Positions 40,401 through 48,600 of a stretch of DNA of 64,000 nt are shown one piece after another. Source of the DNA: Ostreococcus lucimarinus (lineage: Eukaryota); the NCBI GenBank assembly GCA_000092065.1, contig CP000591.1. The stretch is one strand, 5' to 3'. The stretch's first letter is position 1. The number at the start of each line of letters is the position of its first letter. The notes under the pieces were generated by a model that saw nothing but the letters and a program-made list of their open reading frames with translations, made no database searches and had not been told where the DNA came from. Both the position numbers and the translations under genes were made by a program.

Positions 40401-42632
40401 CAGCTTGATGCACTGTCCACGCAGCGTGCTGAGCTCGAGCAGCGGCTAGTCAAGCGCGAGGAGGAGCTCGTCGCTGAGCTTGACGCAGCCAAGCATGAAG
40501 CCACAGCGCAGGCCGCACGTTTTGCACAACTTGGCGAGGCGGCCTCAGATCACGCACACGACGAGGTTGATAAACTTAAGTCCGAAGTGGAACGACTCGA
40601 GTTTGAGCTCGGCGCTGTGAAAAACGAGCTGACAAGCGCGACGTCGACTGCGAAAGCGGACATTGCGAGGCTTACGGATGAACTTGCAAGCGCCAGCGCC
40701 GCGCGAGACGCCGTGGCTGAAACCGCTCATCCAGAAGAAGACGGGTCATCGGAGTCTGCATCGGCGTTCGAAGCCATGAGACGCGACATGACTCGTCTCG
40801 AGTCGGAGCTTGCCGCCGCTCTCGCGGAGCTTGCGGAGCTCGAATCGCCTCGCGAGTCAGAGTCCTCAGATACTGAAGCTATTCGCGAGTTCACCACTGC
40901 GCTCGATTCTGCGCAGTCTGAGATTGAGCGCCTCACTCGCGAGCTCGAGGATGTTGAGCAGAGCAAGCAAGTGGCCATGAAGGAGTCATTTGAGCGCAAC
41001 GAATCGCAGATTGCGTCTCTGAACGCCGCGCACCGCGAGTTGGATCAGCGCCTGCGAGACGAGCTCGACGCGGCGCTCAAAGCGAAGGCAAGTCTTGAGA
41101 AGGAGCTCAGCGACCGCGCGGAATCCACCGCTGCTACCGAAATAGCGAAGCGCAACGCCGAAGCACTGAGCGAAAGCTTGCAATCGCAGCTTGATGCTTC
41201 TCGCGCTGAAGAGGCGAAGCTCCGTGATGAGCTCAATCATTTTCAGGAGCTTGCACGAGAGGAGATTTCAGCACTCCATAATGAAATTACCGAAATAAAA
41301 TTCACGTCGCAAGAAAGTCAAGCGTCGCTTGGAGAATCACCGTGGCCGAGTATCACAATTTCCACCCTTGCGGGTCTTAACGAGATGATGTCTCGGGGAT
41401 CTGAATTCGGGAGTGAAGGCTTAGATTGGCTTGAGCACGCCGCACACGAAGTACAAGCGCTTGAAAAGTCCGTGTTGGATGCGACGGCTGAGCTCGAGTT
41501 ACGAGAGAATGAATATGAACAAACTATTGCACAGTTGCAAGATAGTGTTCGTGACGCGGAAACTGACCTCAACTCGCAGAAGAGTCTGGCTAGCGCAGCT
41601 TTGAGCGACGTCGAGCATCTGAATGATAAATTGGCCGAACGCGATGAGGAGCTGGCATCACTCCGGCTCGAACTCGCGAACTTGGTTTCAGATGACGTCA
41701 CACGCGAGCTTGAATTAACGATCAGTAATTTGAGGATACAGCTGACCGCAAAAGATAACGAGTTGAATGGAGCTGTCGCGTCGTTGAATGATTTGGAAAA
41801 CGACAAGAGAGCTATAGAAGAAGCAATGTCCGAACTACAAGCTGCAGCTGACATGCAAGCAGCTCGAGTGCAAACATCGATTGAGCAAATATCAAGTTTG
41901 AATGTTGAGCTGGCCAAGCGCTCTGCAGCTCTTGATGCTAGTTGGGATAATCTTTCTCACGCTGAATCACGCGCACGTTTTGCCGAGCAAGAGCGAGACG
42001 ACGTTCGCCGGCTTTTTGAGGAGCGACTTGCTGTGAAAGAGCGAGCACTACGCGAGACACAAGGAGATGTTGAACATCTTCGTCAGACGGTGCGTAATCT
42101 TCAGGATAAATTGAAAGCACATAGATATGCACGTTCTGAGACCGAAGCTGGTCATCCAGAAGAAGACGGGTCATCGGAGTCTGCATCGGCGTTCGAAGCC
42201 ATGAGACGCGACATGACTCGTCTCGAGTCGGAGCTTGCCGCCGCTCTCGCGGAGCTTGCGGAGCTCGAATCGCCTCGCGAGTCAGAGTCCTCAGATACTG
42301 AAGCTATTCGCGAGTTCACCACTGCGCTCGATTCTGCGCAGTCTGAGATTGAGCGCCTCACTCGCGAGCTCGAGGATGTTGAGCAGAGCAAGCAAGTGGC
42401 CATGAAGGAGTCATTTGAGCGCAACGAATCGCAGATTGCGTCTCTGAACGCCGCGCACCGCGAGTTGGATCAGCGCCTGCGAGACGAGCTCGACGCGGCG
42501 CTCAAAGCGAAGGCAAGTCTTGAGAAGGAGCTCAGCGACCGCGCGGAATCCACCGCTGCTACCGAAACAGCGAAGCGCAACGCCGAAGCACTGAGCGAAA
42601 GCTTGCAATCGCAGCTTGATGGAAAAACTTGA
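31491..42632 (+). CDS. Giant membrane-anchored coiled-coil repeat protein, part A (about 3700 aa): N-terminal multi-TM domain, then about 10 kb of coiled coil carrying 258-bp and 786-bp tandem repeat arrays
   Basis: One continuous frame runs from the first ATG at 31491 (the track starts at a TTG, 31464) to the stop at 42630-42632. The coiled-coil frame (E/L/R/A/S-rich, e.g. SDLESERDALRSQLADLSSARDSELASVRADLESQLREREEDIERVRSELDESKAALESERDALQSELERV) stays open through both the repeats and the unique AT-richer spacers. The stop lies exactly at a repeat junction (see gene B). Confidence 0.75.
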   Translation: MERGARTRANDARWTRGTIGARGARERRVVAVRVTTRRVGGDASVGAGTSRTRTSVGKTRAVNGERDGEGGANDEGDAVREYGTFGSSASFARDAAPGEAAASVAVYVARAVALVVVSDIAAWTVTLYGGGIPAAMRSLVIFGGMSVVYYGAYVARWNRSMFDLATRLVAAAAIGSSSVIFGTALALKVIPRPMMQVLAILLASTVAPLLGVYVEELRLHRTSTRRTRLMILSDCSLYGSWDAVAGTVAWACAFNQSADAFGPALAQSSFVAFIVAAACRWMRAMYVLYVIDHWIIQTVAAMSQEFTETVSRATVVVMEEVSRAPIVVKETVSRVSVAIAETVTQTPDVVSHNDESPQPVAEPKMHERSDNNEAAVASVKMRVAREPQPVVMESAPSSDAAPVAGESVSVTQQPDERRIEYAPPYTAVIREQDPRPEPPRVVYAPAFVVVEEASTSSSTESDVTQPLESKRRRRQRKRQYRRRESLAKNTIDMSEIVSKEVNIALNMGVSIEAELQRMLDRRQSTLNDMKNQQANPISIAQVEADIAALRAELRRATTSREQFQRAQTSYESDLEMWMESIRAAAAVSRLDYAIDSLKNASVADDPQVKELIDQRAVWGLRLVSSQIFTIVELQDSLDSGEARSSARIAELRGAIESLELKLTRLQEEKTQSVDNRILLEDRLQKLNLEIDSVRERERVAQEDWQRERLRLEVELEASVKELQTATRTVDDALKAKLELLAKLQTAQDQSDTDAEAIRRLEHETETLQTKLKSLTEQLSVANASVEQINSRRFDLESQLRAKATELDLANANRADTSLVEELRRQVKNLSTEICWLRDQKSREGSEAEAVLQKQLAEARTQLEIQRNELEIEAKAEISELKRSMDVIREEMERLTSEMSEKTEKSLEYQRIVQERQKEIESLTKNKELAARAIDESKKNLAQAQEALETKQKALDDRVSQVASLSLDLAASEEKTLTLERELSASCQRSQELEELISSLRSYSESRDALLADIDLLLGNENDEREAMLRGSKNASDLVERIQKRLRREVVLEKKLDQAQLLEQVGLTVEELKTREAASLWWKDLVQIGSKALETIQSTAVDLSKGTVTASLLERSISLRAKELQNITSEPQYQRLQKSFNDLKRLSEAAERKLQEKERKIKSLKADSKESAAELKALTSELASVKEDLKYIRDIAKEERDEQIQRIESLMLEVDSFENAKFDGEEAVRFRNEAAKLRGMKIRLEAELKLSQDLAETASSELARAREEHDVVITQLSEEIAALELDITVKSEAIEKLESKTNNIEVKLGSDLESALAKLNTTLEELDKKSTDFASLESASVEQKRNFEKHVDELEKRLGASEAEVQRLIQDRDLAIEAKDNEMVSKILSQSAIVSDLESERDALRSQLADLSSARDSELASVRADLESQLREREEDIERVRSELDESKAALESERDALQSELERVLSQVPEVDASQSAIVSDLESERDALRSQLADLSSARDSELASVRADLESQLREREEDIERVRSELDESKAALESERDALQSELERVLSQVPEVDASQSAAVSDLESERDALRSQLADLSSARDSELASVRADLESQLREREEDIERVRSELDESKAALESERDALQSELERVLSQVPEVDASQSAIVSDLESERDALRSQLADLSSARDSELASVRADLESQLREREEDIERVRSELDESKAALESERDALQSELERVLSQVPEVDASQSAAVSDLESERDALRSQLADLSSARDSELASVRADLESQLREREEDIERVRSELDESKAALESERDALQSELERVLSQVPEVDASQSAIVSDLESERDALRSQLADLSSARDSELASVRADLESQLREREEDIERVRSELDESKAALESERDALQSELERVLSQVPEVDASQSAAVSDLESERDALRSQLADLSSARDSELASVRADLESQLREREEDIERVRSELDESKAALESERDALQSELERVLSQVPEVDASQSAAVSDLESERDALRSQLADLSSARDSELASVRADLESQLREREEDIERVRSELDESKAALESERDALQSELERVLSQVPEVDASQSAAVSDLESERDALRSQLADLSSARDSELASVRADLESQLREREEDIERVRSELDESKAALESERDALQSELERVLSQVPEVDASQSAAMSDLESERDALRSQLSELRQMSSESIAGLQQQLVAFSAEADSAASLRKTVKELKATIRQRENLLSETVFDPMLNDDLDRMNDELASKSAELDSARTKLQSTLNKLKEREEQAESSQAVASAVIDEIRAELLNANEKLAARESYANAVELALRSELTEREKEIALLRVKVAKILDDSTNKQTSLTTALDSAQSEIERLTRELEDVEQSKQVAMKESFERNESQIASLNAAHRELDQRLRDELDAALKAKASLEKELSDRAESTAATETAKRNAEALSESLQSQLDALSTQRAELEQRLVKREEELVAELDAAKHEATAQAARFAQLGEAASDHAHDEVDKLKSEVERLEFELGAVKNELTSATSTAKADIARLTDELASASAARDAVAETAHPEEDGSSESASAFEAMRRDMTRLESELAAALAELAELESPRESESSDTEAIREFTTALDSAQSEIERLTRELEDVEQSKQVAMKESFERNESQIASLNAAHRELDQRLRDELDAALKAKASLEERSDRAESTAATETAKRNAEALSESLQSQLDALSTQRAELEQRLVKREEELVAELDAAKHEATAQAARFAQLGEAASDHAHDEVDKLKSEVERLEFELGAVKNELTSATSTAKADIARLTDELASASAARDAVAETAHPEEDGSSESASAFEAMRRDMTRLESELAAALAELAELESPRESESSDTEAIREFTTALDSAQSEIERLTRELEDVEQSKQVAMKESFERNESQIASLNAAHRELDQRLRDELDAALKAKASLEKERSDRAESTAATETAKRNAEALSESLQSQLDALSTQRAELEQRLVKREEELVAELDAAKHEATAQAARFAQLGEAASDHAHDEVDKLKSEVERLEFELGAVKNELTSATSTAKADIARLTDELASASAARDAVAETAHPEEDGSSESASAFEAMRRDMTRLESELAAALAELAELESPRESESSDTEAIREFTTALDSAQSEIERLTRELEDVEQSKQVAMKESFERNESQIASLNAAHRELDQRLRDELDAALKAKASLEKELSDRAESTAATEIAKRNAEALSESLQSQLDASRAEEAKLRDELNHFQELAREEISALHNEITEIKFTSQESQASLGESPWPSITISTLAGLNEMMSRGSEFGSEGLDWLEHAAHEVQALEKSVLDATAELELRENEYEQTIAQLQDSVRDAETDLNSQKSLASAALSDVEHLNDKLAERDEELASLRLELANLVSDDVTRELELTISNLRIQLTAKDNELNGAVASLNDLENDKRAIEEAMSELQAAADMQAARVQTSIEQISSLNVELAKRSAALDASWDNLSHAESRARFAEQERDDVRRLFEERLAVKERALRETQGDVEHLRQTVRNLQDKLKAHRYARSETEAGHPEEDGSSESASAFEAMRRDMTRLESELAAALAELAELESPRESESSDTEAIREFTTALDSAQSEIERLTRELEDVEQSKQVAMKESFERNESQIASLNAAHRELDQRLRDELDAALKAKASLEKELSDRAESTAATETAKRNAEALSESLQSQLDGKT
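31780..32360 (+). other. N-terminal polytopic membrane domain of the giant protein (4-6 predicted TM helices)
   Basis: Hydrophobic stretches include AAASVAVYVARAVALVVVSDIAAW, MRSLVIFGGMSVVYYGAYV, LVAAAAIGSSSVIFGTALAL, MMQVLAILLASTVAPLLGVYV, AVAGTVAWACAF and SSFVAFIVAAACRWMRAMYVLYVI. Confidence 0.6.
32405..32530 (+). repeat. Short 42-bp (14-aa) tandem repeat, about 3-4 copies of ETVSRxxVVxxE immediately after the TM domain
   Basis: The peptide TETVSRATVVVMEEVSRAPIVVKETVSRVSVAIAETVTQTP is encoded by recurring gtttcgcgag units. Confidence 0.7.
35650..38040 (+). repeat. Tandem array A of about 9.3 copies of a 258-bp (86-aa) coiled-coil unit, with a 516-bp alternation (AIV/AAV variants)
   Basis: Units recur at 35653, 35911, 36169, ... 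with at least 98% identity. Only the first copies (35653, 35911) and every second copy after them carry ...SQSAIVSD...; the rest are ...SQSAAVSD... Confidence 0.92.
38520..41210 (+). repeat. Tandem array of about 3.4 copies of a 786/783-bp (262-aa) coiled-coil unit (TTALDSAQSEIERLTRELEDVEQSKQ...HPEEDGSSESASAFEAMRRDMTRLESELAAALAELAELESPRESESSDTEAIREF). A further partial copy lies at 42150-42620.
   Basis: Unit starts are at 38533, 39318, 40101 and 40887. One copy is 3 bp shorter (LEERSDR versus LEKELSDR). Confidence 0.9.
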
Positions 42633-45600
42633 GTCATTGCGCCGTGAGCACGAAACAAAACTGAACGACATGCGTGAGTCTGCAACACAACAACGCGCGG
42701 ATCTTGAGTCCCAGCTTCGCGAGCGCGAGGAGGACATCGAGCGCGTGCGTTCTGAGCTCGACGAGTCCAAGGCGGCACTTGAGTCTGAGCGCGACGCGCT
42801 GCAGTCGGAGCTCGAGCGCGTGCTTTCTCAGGTGTCTGAGTCTGAGTCTCTGCAGTCCGCTGCCGTGTCCGATCTCGAGTCTGAGCGCGACGCGCTGCGT
42901 TCGCAGCTCGCCGACCTTTCGTCCGCTCGCGACTCTGAGTTGGCGTCTGTGCGCGCGGATCTTGAGTCCCAGCTTCGCGAGCGCGAGGAGGACATCGAGC
43001 GCGTGCGTTCTGAGCTCGACGAGTCCAAGGCGGCACTTGAGTCTGAGCGCGACGCGCTGCAGTCGGAGCTCGAGCGCGTGCTTTCTCAGGTGTCTGAGTC
43101 TGAGTCTCTGCAGTCCGCTGCCGTGTCCGATCTCGAGTCTGAGCGCGACGCGCTGCGTTCGCAGCTCGCCGACCTTTCGTCCGCTCGCGACTCTGAGTTG
43201 GCGTCTGTGCGCGCGGATCTTGAGTCCCAGCTTCGCGAGCGCGAGGAGGACATCGAGCGCGTGCGTTCTGAGCTCGACGAGTCCAAGGCGGCACTTGAGT
43301 CTGAGCGCGACGCGCTGCAGTCGGAGCTCGAGCGCGTGCTTTCTCAGGTGTCTGAGTCTGAGTCTCTGCAGTCCGCTGCCGTGTCCGATCTCGAGTCTGA
43401 GCGCGACGCGCTGCGTTCGCAGCTCGCCGACCTTTCGTCCGCTCGCGACTCTGAGTTGGCGTCTGTGCGCGCGGATCTTGAGTCCCAGCTTCGCGAGCGC
43501 GAGGAGGACATCGAGCGCGTGCGTTCTGAGCTCGACGAGTCCAAGGCGGCACTTGAGTCTGAGCGCGACGCGCTGCAGTCGGAGCTCGAGCGCGTGCTTT
43601 CTCAGGTGTCTGAGTCTGAGTCTCTGCAGTCCGCTGCCGTGTCCGATCTCGAGTCTGAGCGCGACGCGCTGCGTTCGCAGCTCGCCGACCTTTCGTCCGC
43701 TCGCGACTCTGAGTTGGCGTCTGTGCGCGCGGATCTTGAGTCCCAGCTTCGCGAGCGCGAGGACGACATCGAGCGCGTGCGTTCTGAGCTCGACGAGTCC
43801 AAGGCGGCACTTGAGTCTGAGCGCGACGCGCTGCAGTCGGAGCTCGAGCGCGTGCTTTCTCAGGTGCCCGAGGTTGACGCGTCGCAGTCCGCTGCCGTGT
43901 CCGATCTCGAGTCTGAGCGCGACGCGCTGCGTTCGCAGCTCGCCGACCTTTCGTCCGCTCGCGACTCTGAGTTGGCGTCTGTGCGCGCGGATCTTGAGTC
44001 CCAGCTTCGCGAGCGCGAGGAGGACATCGAGCGCGTGCGTTCTGAGCTCGACGAGTCCAAGGCGGCACTTGAGTCTGAGCGCGACGCGCTGCAGTCGGAG
44101 CTCGAGCGCGTGCTTTCTCAGGTGCCCGAGGTTGACGCGTCGCAGTCCGCTGCCGTGTCCGATCTCGAGTCTGAGCGCGACGCGCTGCGTTCGCAGCTCG
44201 CCGACCTTTCGTCCGCTCGCGACTCTGAGTTGGCGTCTGTGCGCGCGGATCTTGAGTCCCAGCTTCGCGAGCGCGAGGAGGACATCGAGCGCGTGCGTTC
44301 TGAGCTCGACGAGTCCAAGGCGGCACTTGAGTCTGAGCGCGACGCGCTGCAGTCGGAGCTCGAGCGCGTGCTTTCTCAGGTGCCCGAGGTTGACGCGTCG
44401 CAGTCCGCTGCCGTGTCCGATCTCGAGTCTGAGCGCGACGCGCTGCGTTCGCAGCTCGCCGACCTTTCGTCCGCTCGCGACTCTGAGTTGGCGTCTGTGC
44501 GCGCGGATCTTGAGTCCCAGCTTCGCGAGCGCGAGGAGGACATCGAGCGCGTGCGTTCTGAGCTCGACGAGTCCAAGGCGGCACTTGAGTCTGAGCGCGA
44601 CGCGCTGCAGTCGGAGCTCGAGCGCGTGCTTTCTCAGGTGCCCGAGGTTGACGCGTCGCAGTCCGCTGCCGTGTCCGATCTCGAGTCTGAGCGCGACGCG
44701 CTGCGTTCGCAGCTCGCCGACCTTTCGTCCGCTCGCGACTCTGAGTTGGCGTCTGTGCGCGCGGATCTTGAGTCCCAGCTTCGCGAGCGCGAGGAGGACA
44801 TCGAGCGCGTGCGTTCTGAGCTCGACGAGTCCAAGGCGGCACTTGAGTCTGAGCGCGACGCGCTGCAGTCGGAGCTCGAGCGCGTGCTGGGAGAGTTGAG
44901 TCAGTCGACTTCGGCGCTTCGGCGCGTTGAGGAGGATCTCAATGCCGCTTTAAGCGACCGCGATGAGTTCGAAGAAGAGAGTGATCGTTTGCGTCGGCGT
45001 CTACCACGACTTGAACGAGAGCATAACGAGTTGGAGGATGCAATGCGCTTGGAAATGGACGAATTGGCTTCAAAGCTTGCAGCGATGTCAAAAGCGCGCG
45101 ATGATCTCGAGAAGGACATGATTGAGCAGAGTGATGGTCTGTACAAGGCACTTGGCAGTAGCCGCGAGGATCTGCAGCGAGAACTAAACGAGGGCAAGAA
45201 GTTACTTGCTCAACGTGAGGCCGAGCTAAAGCGTTTAACTGCCGATTTTTCGTTGAAAGAGCACGCAATTGAGTCTGAGCGAGAAGCACTTGCGACCGAA
45301 TTGGATCGACTGATACACAAGGTGCCAGCCTTGGAGTTGACTACGGCTGAACTAGAGGCTGAACGCGCGGAGTTGCGCGAAAAGCTTGATGATTTGATAG
45401 CAAATCGTGATCAGCTGGCGGCCAATCTGCGAACCGAGAACGATTCGATGTCAGCAGAACTGTCCATGACTCGAGAAGCTCTTGATGAACAATTCAATGC
45501 CGTTACAACACAGCTCCTTGAAACCGATGAGATCATCGACAAGATGCGCAAGGATAACGAAGCTGCAAAGGAAGCAGCAGAGAACGACCGCTTAGCGCTA

Positions 45601-48600
45601 CAAGGTGAGCTTGAGCGCGTGGTGTCGGAATCAAATAAGCTGCGGGCAGCTCAAGCCACGGCCGAGTCTCTTCTACGCGCAGAGCGTGATGATCTCGAAG
45701 ACAAGGTCGAAAAACTTGAGTCATTGCGCCGTGAGCACGAAACAAAACTGAACGACATGCGTGAGTCTGCAACACAACAACGCGCGGATCTTGAGTCCCA
45801 GCTTCGCGAGCGCGAGGAGGACATCGAGCGCGTGCGTTCTGAGCTCGACGAGTCCAAGGCGGCACTTGAGTCTGAGCGCGACGCGCTGCAGTCGGAGCTC
45901 GAGCGCGTGCTTTCTCAGGTGTCTGAGTCTGAGTCTCTGCAGTCCGCTGCCGTGTCCGATCTCGAGTCTGAGCGCGACGCGCTGCGTTCGCAGCTCGCCG
46001 ACCTTTCGTCCGCTCGCGACTCTGAGTTGGCGTCTGTGCGCGCGGATCTTGAGTCCCAGCTTCGCGAGCGCGAGGAGGACATCGAGCGCGTGCGTTCTGA
46101 GCTCGACGAGTCCAAGGCGGCACTTGAGTCTGAGCGCGACGCGCTGCAGTCGGAGCTCGAGCGCGTGCTTTCTCAGGTGCCCGAGGTTGACGCGTCGCAG
46201 TCCGCTGCCGTGTCCGATCTCGAGTCTGAGCGCGACGCGCTGCGTTCGCAGCTCGCCGACCTTTCGTCCGCTCGCGACTCTGAGTTGGCGTCTGTGCGCG
46301 CGGATCTTGAGTCCCAGCTTCGCGAGCGCGAGGAGGACATCGAGCGCGTGCGTTCTGAGCTCGACGAGTCCAAGGCGGCACTTGAGTCTGAGCGCGACGC
46401 GCTGCAGTCGGAGCTCGAGCGCGTGCTGGGAGAGTTGAGTCAGTCGACTTCGGCGCTTCGGCGCGTTGAGGAGGATCTCAATGCCGCTTTAAGCGACCGC
46501 GATGAGTTCGAAGAAGAGAGTGATCGTTTGCGTCGGCGTCTACCACGACTTGAACGAGAGCATAACGAGTTGGAGGATGCAATGCGCTTGGAAATGGACG
46601 AATTGGCTTCAAAGCTTGCAGCGATGTCAAAAGCGCGCGATGATCTCGAGAAGGACATGATTGAGCAGAGTGATGGTCTGTACAAGGCACTTGGCAGTAG
46701 CCGCGAGGATCTGCAGCGAGAACTAAACGAGGGCAAGAAGTTACTTGCTCAACGTGAGGCCGAGCTAAAGCGTTTAACTGCCGATTTTTCGTTGAAAGAG
46801 CACGCACTTGAGTCTGAGCGAGAAGCACTTGCGACCGAATTGGATCGACTGATACACAAGGTGCCAGCCTTGGAGTTGACTGCGGCTGAACTAGAGGCTG
46901 AACGCGCGGAGTTGCGCGAAAAGCTTGATGATTTGATAGCAAATCGTGATCAGCTGGCGGCCAATCTGCGAACCGAGAACGATTCGATGTCAGCAGAACT
47001 GTCCATGACTCGAGAAGCTCTTGATGAACAATTCAATGCCGTTACAACACAGCTCCTTGAAACCGATGAGATCATCGACAAGATGCGCAAGGATAACGAA
47101 GCTGCAAAGGAAGCAGCAGAGAACGACCGCTTAGCGCTACAAGGTGAGCTTGAGCGCGTGGTGTCGGAATCAAATAAGCTGCGGGCAGCTCAAGCCACGG
47201 CCGAGTCTCTTCTACGCGCAGAGCGTGATGATCTCGAAGACAAGGTCGAAAAACTTGAGTCATTGCGCCGTGAGCACGAAACAAAACTGAACGACGTGCG
47301 TGAGTCTGCAACACAACAACGCGCGGATCTTGAGTCCCAGCTTCGCGAGCGCGAGGAGGACATCGAGCGCGTGCGTTCTGAGCTCGACGAGTCCAAGGCG
47401 GCACTTGAGTCTGAGCGCGACGCGCTGCAGTCGGAGCTCGAGCGCGTGCTTTCTCAGGTGTCTGAGTCTGAGTCTCTGCAGTCCGCTGCCGTGTCCGATC
47501 TCGAGTCTGAGCGCGACGCGCTGCGTTCGCAGCTCGCCGACCTTTCGTCCGCTCGCGACTCTGAGTTGGCGTCTGTGCGCGCGGATCTTGAGTCCCAGCT
47601 TCGCGAGCGCGAGGAGGACATCGAGCGCGTGCGTTCTGAGCTCGACGAGTCCAAGGCGGCACTTGAGTCTGAGCGCGACGCGCTGCAGTCGGAGCTCGAG
47701 CGCGTGCTTTCTCAGGTGTCTGAGTCTGAGTCTCTGCAGTCCGCTGCCGTGTCCGATCTCGAGTCTGAGCGCGACGCGCTGCGTTCGCAGCTCGCCGACC
47801 TTTCGTCCGCTCGCGACTCTGAGTTGGCGTCTGTGCGCGCGGATCTTGAGTCCCAGCTTCGCGAGCGCGAGGAGGACATCGAGCGCGTGCGTTCTGAGCT
47901 CGACGAGTCCAAGGCGGCACTTGAGTCTGAGCGCGACGCGCTGCAGTCGGAGCTCGAGCGCGTCATGGACGACGTTCTGAACGCAGAAGCGCTTGCGGAG
48001 CAAGCTGAGCTTATACGCTCGCAGATGCAGGCGGACATGGAGCAACTTGTTGAAGCGCGACAAAGTGTTGAGCAGCGTTTGCAGGATGTGGACAGTGCTC
48101 TTCAGATTTCTTTGAACAAGGTTGCCACGCTTGAGATTGAGCAAGAAAGATTGCGACTCGAACTCTCCGCTTCCGAGAAAGCCTTAGCCGAAAGTGAACG
48201 TGCTAGGTCAGAATCAGACGCAGAAATTCTGGCGCTTAGCGACGAGCTGTCGGACGCTTTGAATGCACGGTTACTTATTGAGCAACGACTTCGTGCGCGC
48301 GACGAGGAACTGGAGACCGCGCGCATCAAACAATCTGAATTAATTACGGAGAATTCAAAGCTCCGAGCTGAACTCATGGATGCCAAAGCAATGGCAGACG
48401 ATTACACTCGGCAGTTGTCTTCAGGGCTATTCGGCGATGAAAAGCGTGTCGAGGCTGGAATTCAACGATTTGACTCTTTCGAGGCGTCGGACACTGGTAT
48501 ATTTGCCACAGACGAAGCAGACGAAGCTTTCGTGACCGCCTGCAATATGGTGCAACGAATTGAAATCTTAGTTCGTCGACAAAAGCAAACGGGCGAAGAA

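Noticed and set aside
38045-42770. Minus-strand ORFs across the 786-bp repeats (for example 38045-38644, 39158-39430, 39941-40213, 40727-40999, 41318-41917, 42152-42424, 42411-42770)
   Set aside because: These are antisense of the coiled-coil frame, recur with the repeat period, and have Ser/Ala/Arg low-complexity translations.
42470-48144. Antisense and alternate-frame ORFs over arrays B and the 1539-bp higher-order repeat (42470-44842 minus, 42674-44899 plus, 45533-46381 minus, 45761-46438 plus, 47072-47920 minus, 47260-48144 minus, 47300-47980 plus, and the many 66-aa MDSSSSERTRSMSSSRSRSWDSRSAR minus ORFs)
   Set aside because: The reasoning is the same as for array A. These are repeat-driven spurious ORFs on the opposite strand or frame of the real coiled-coil CDS.
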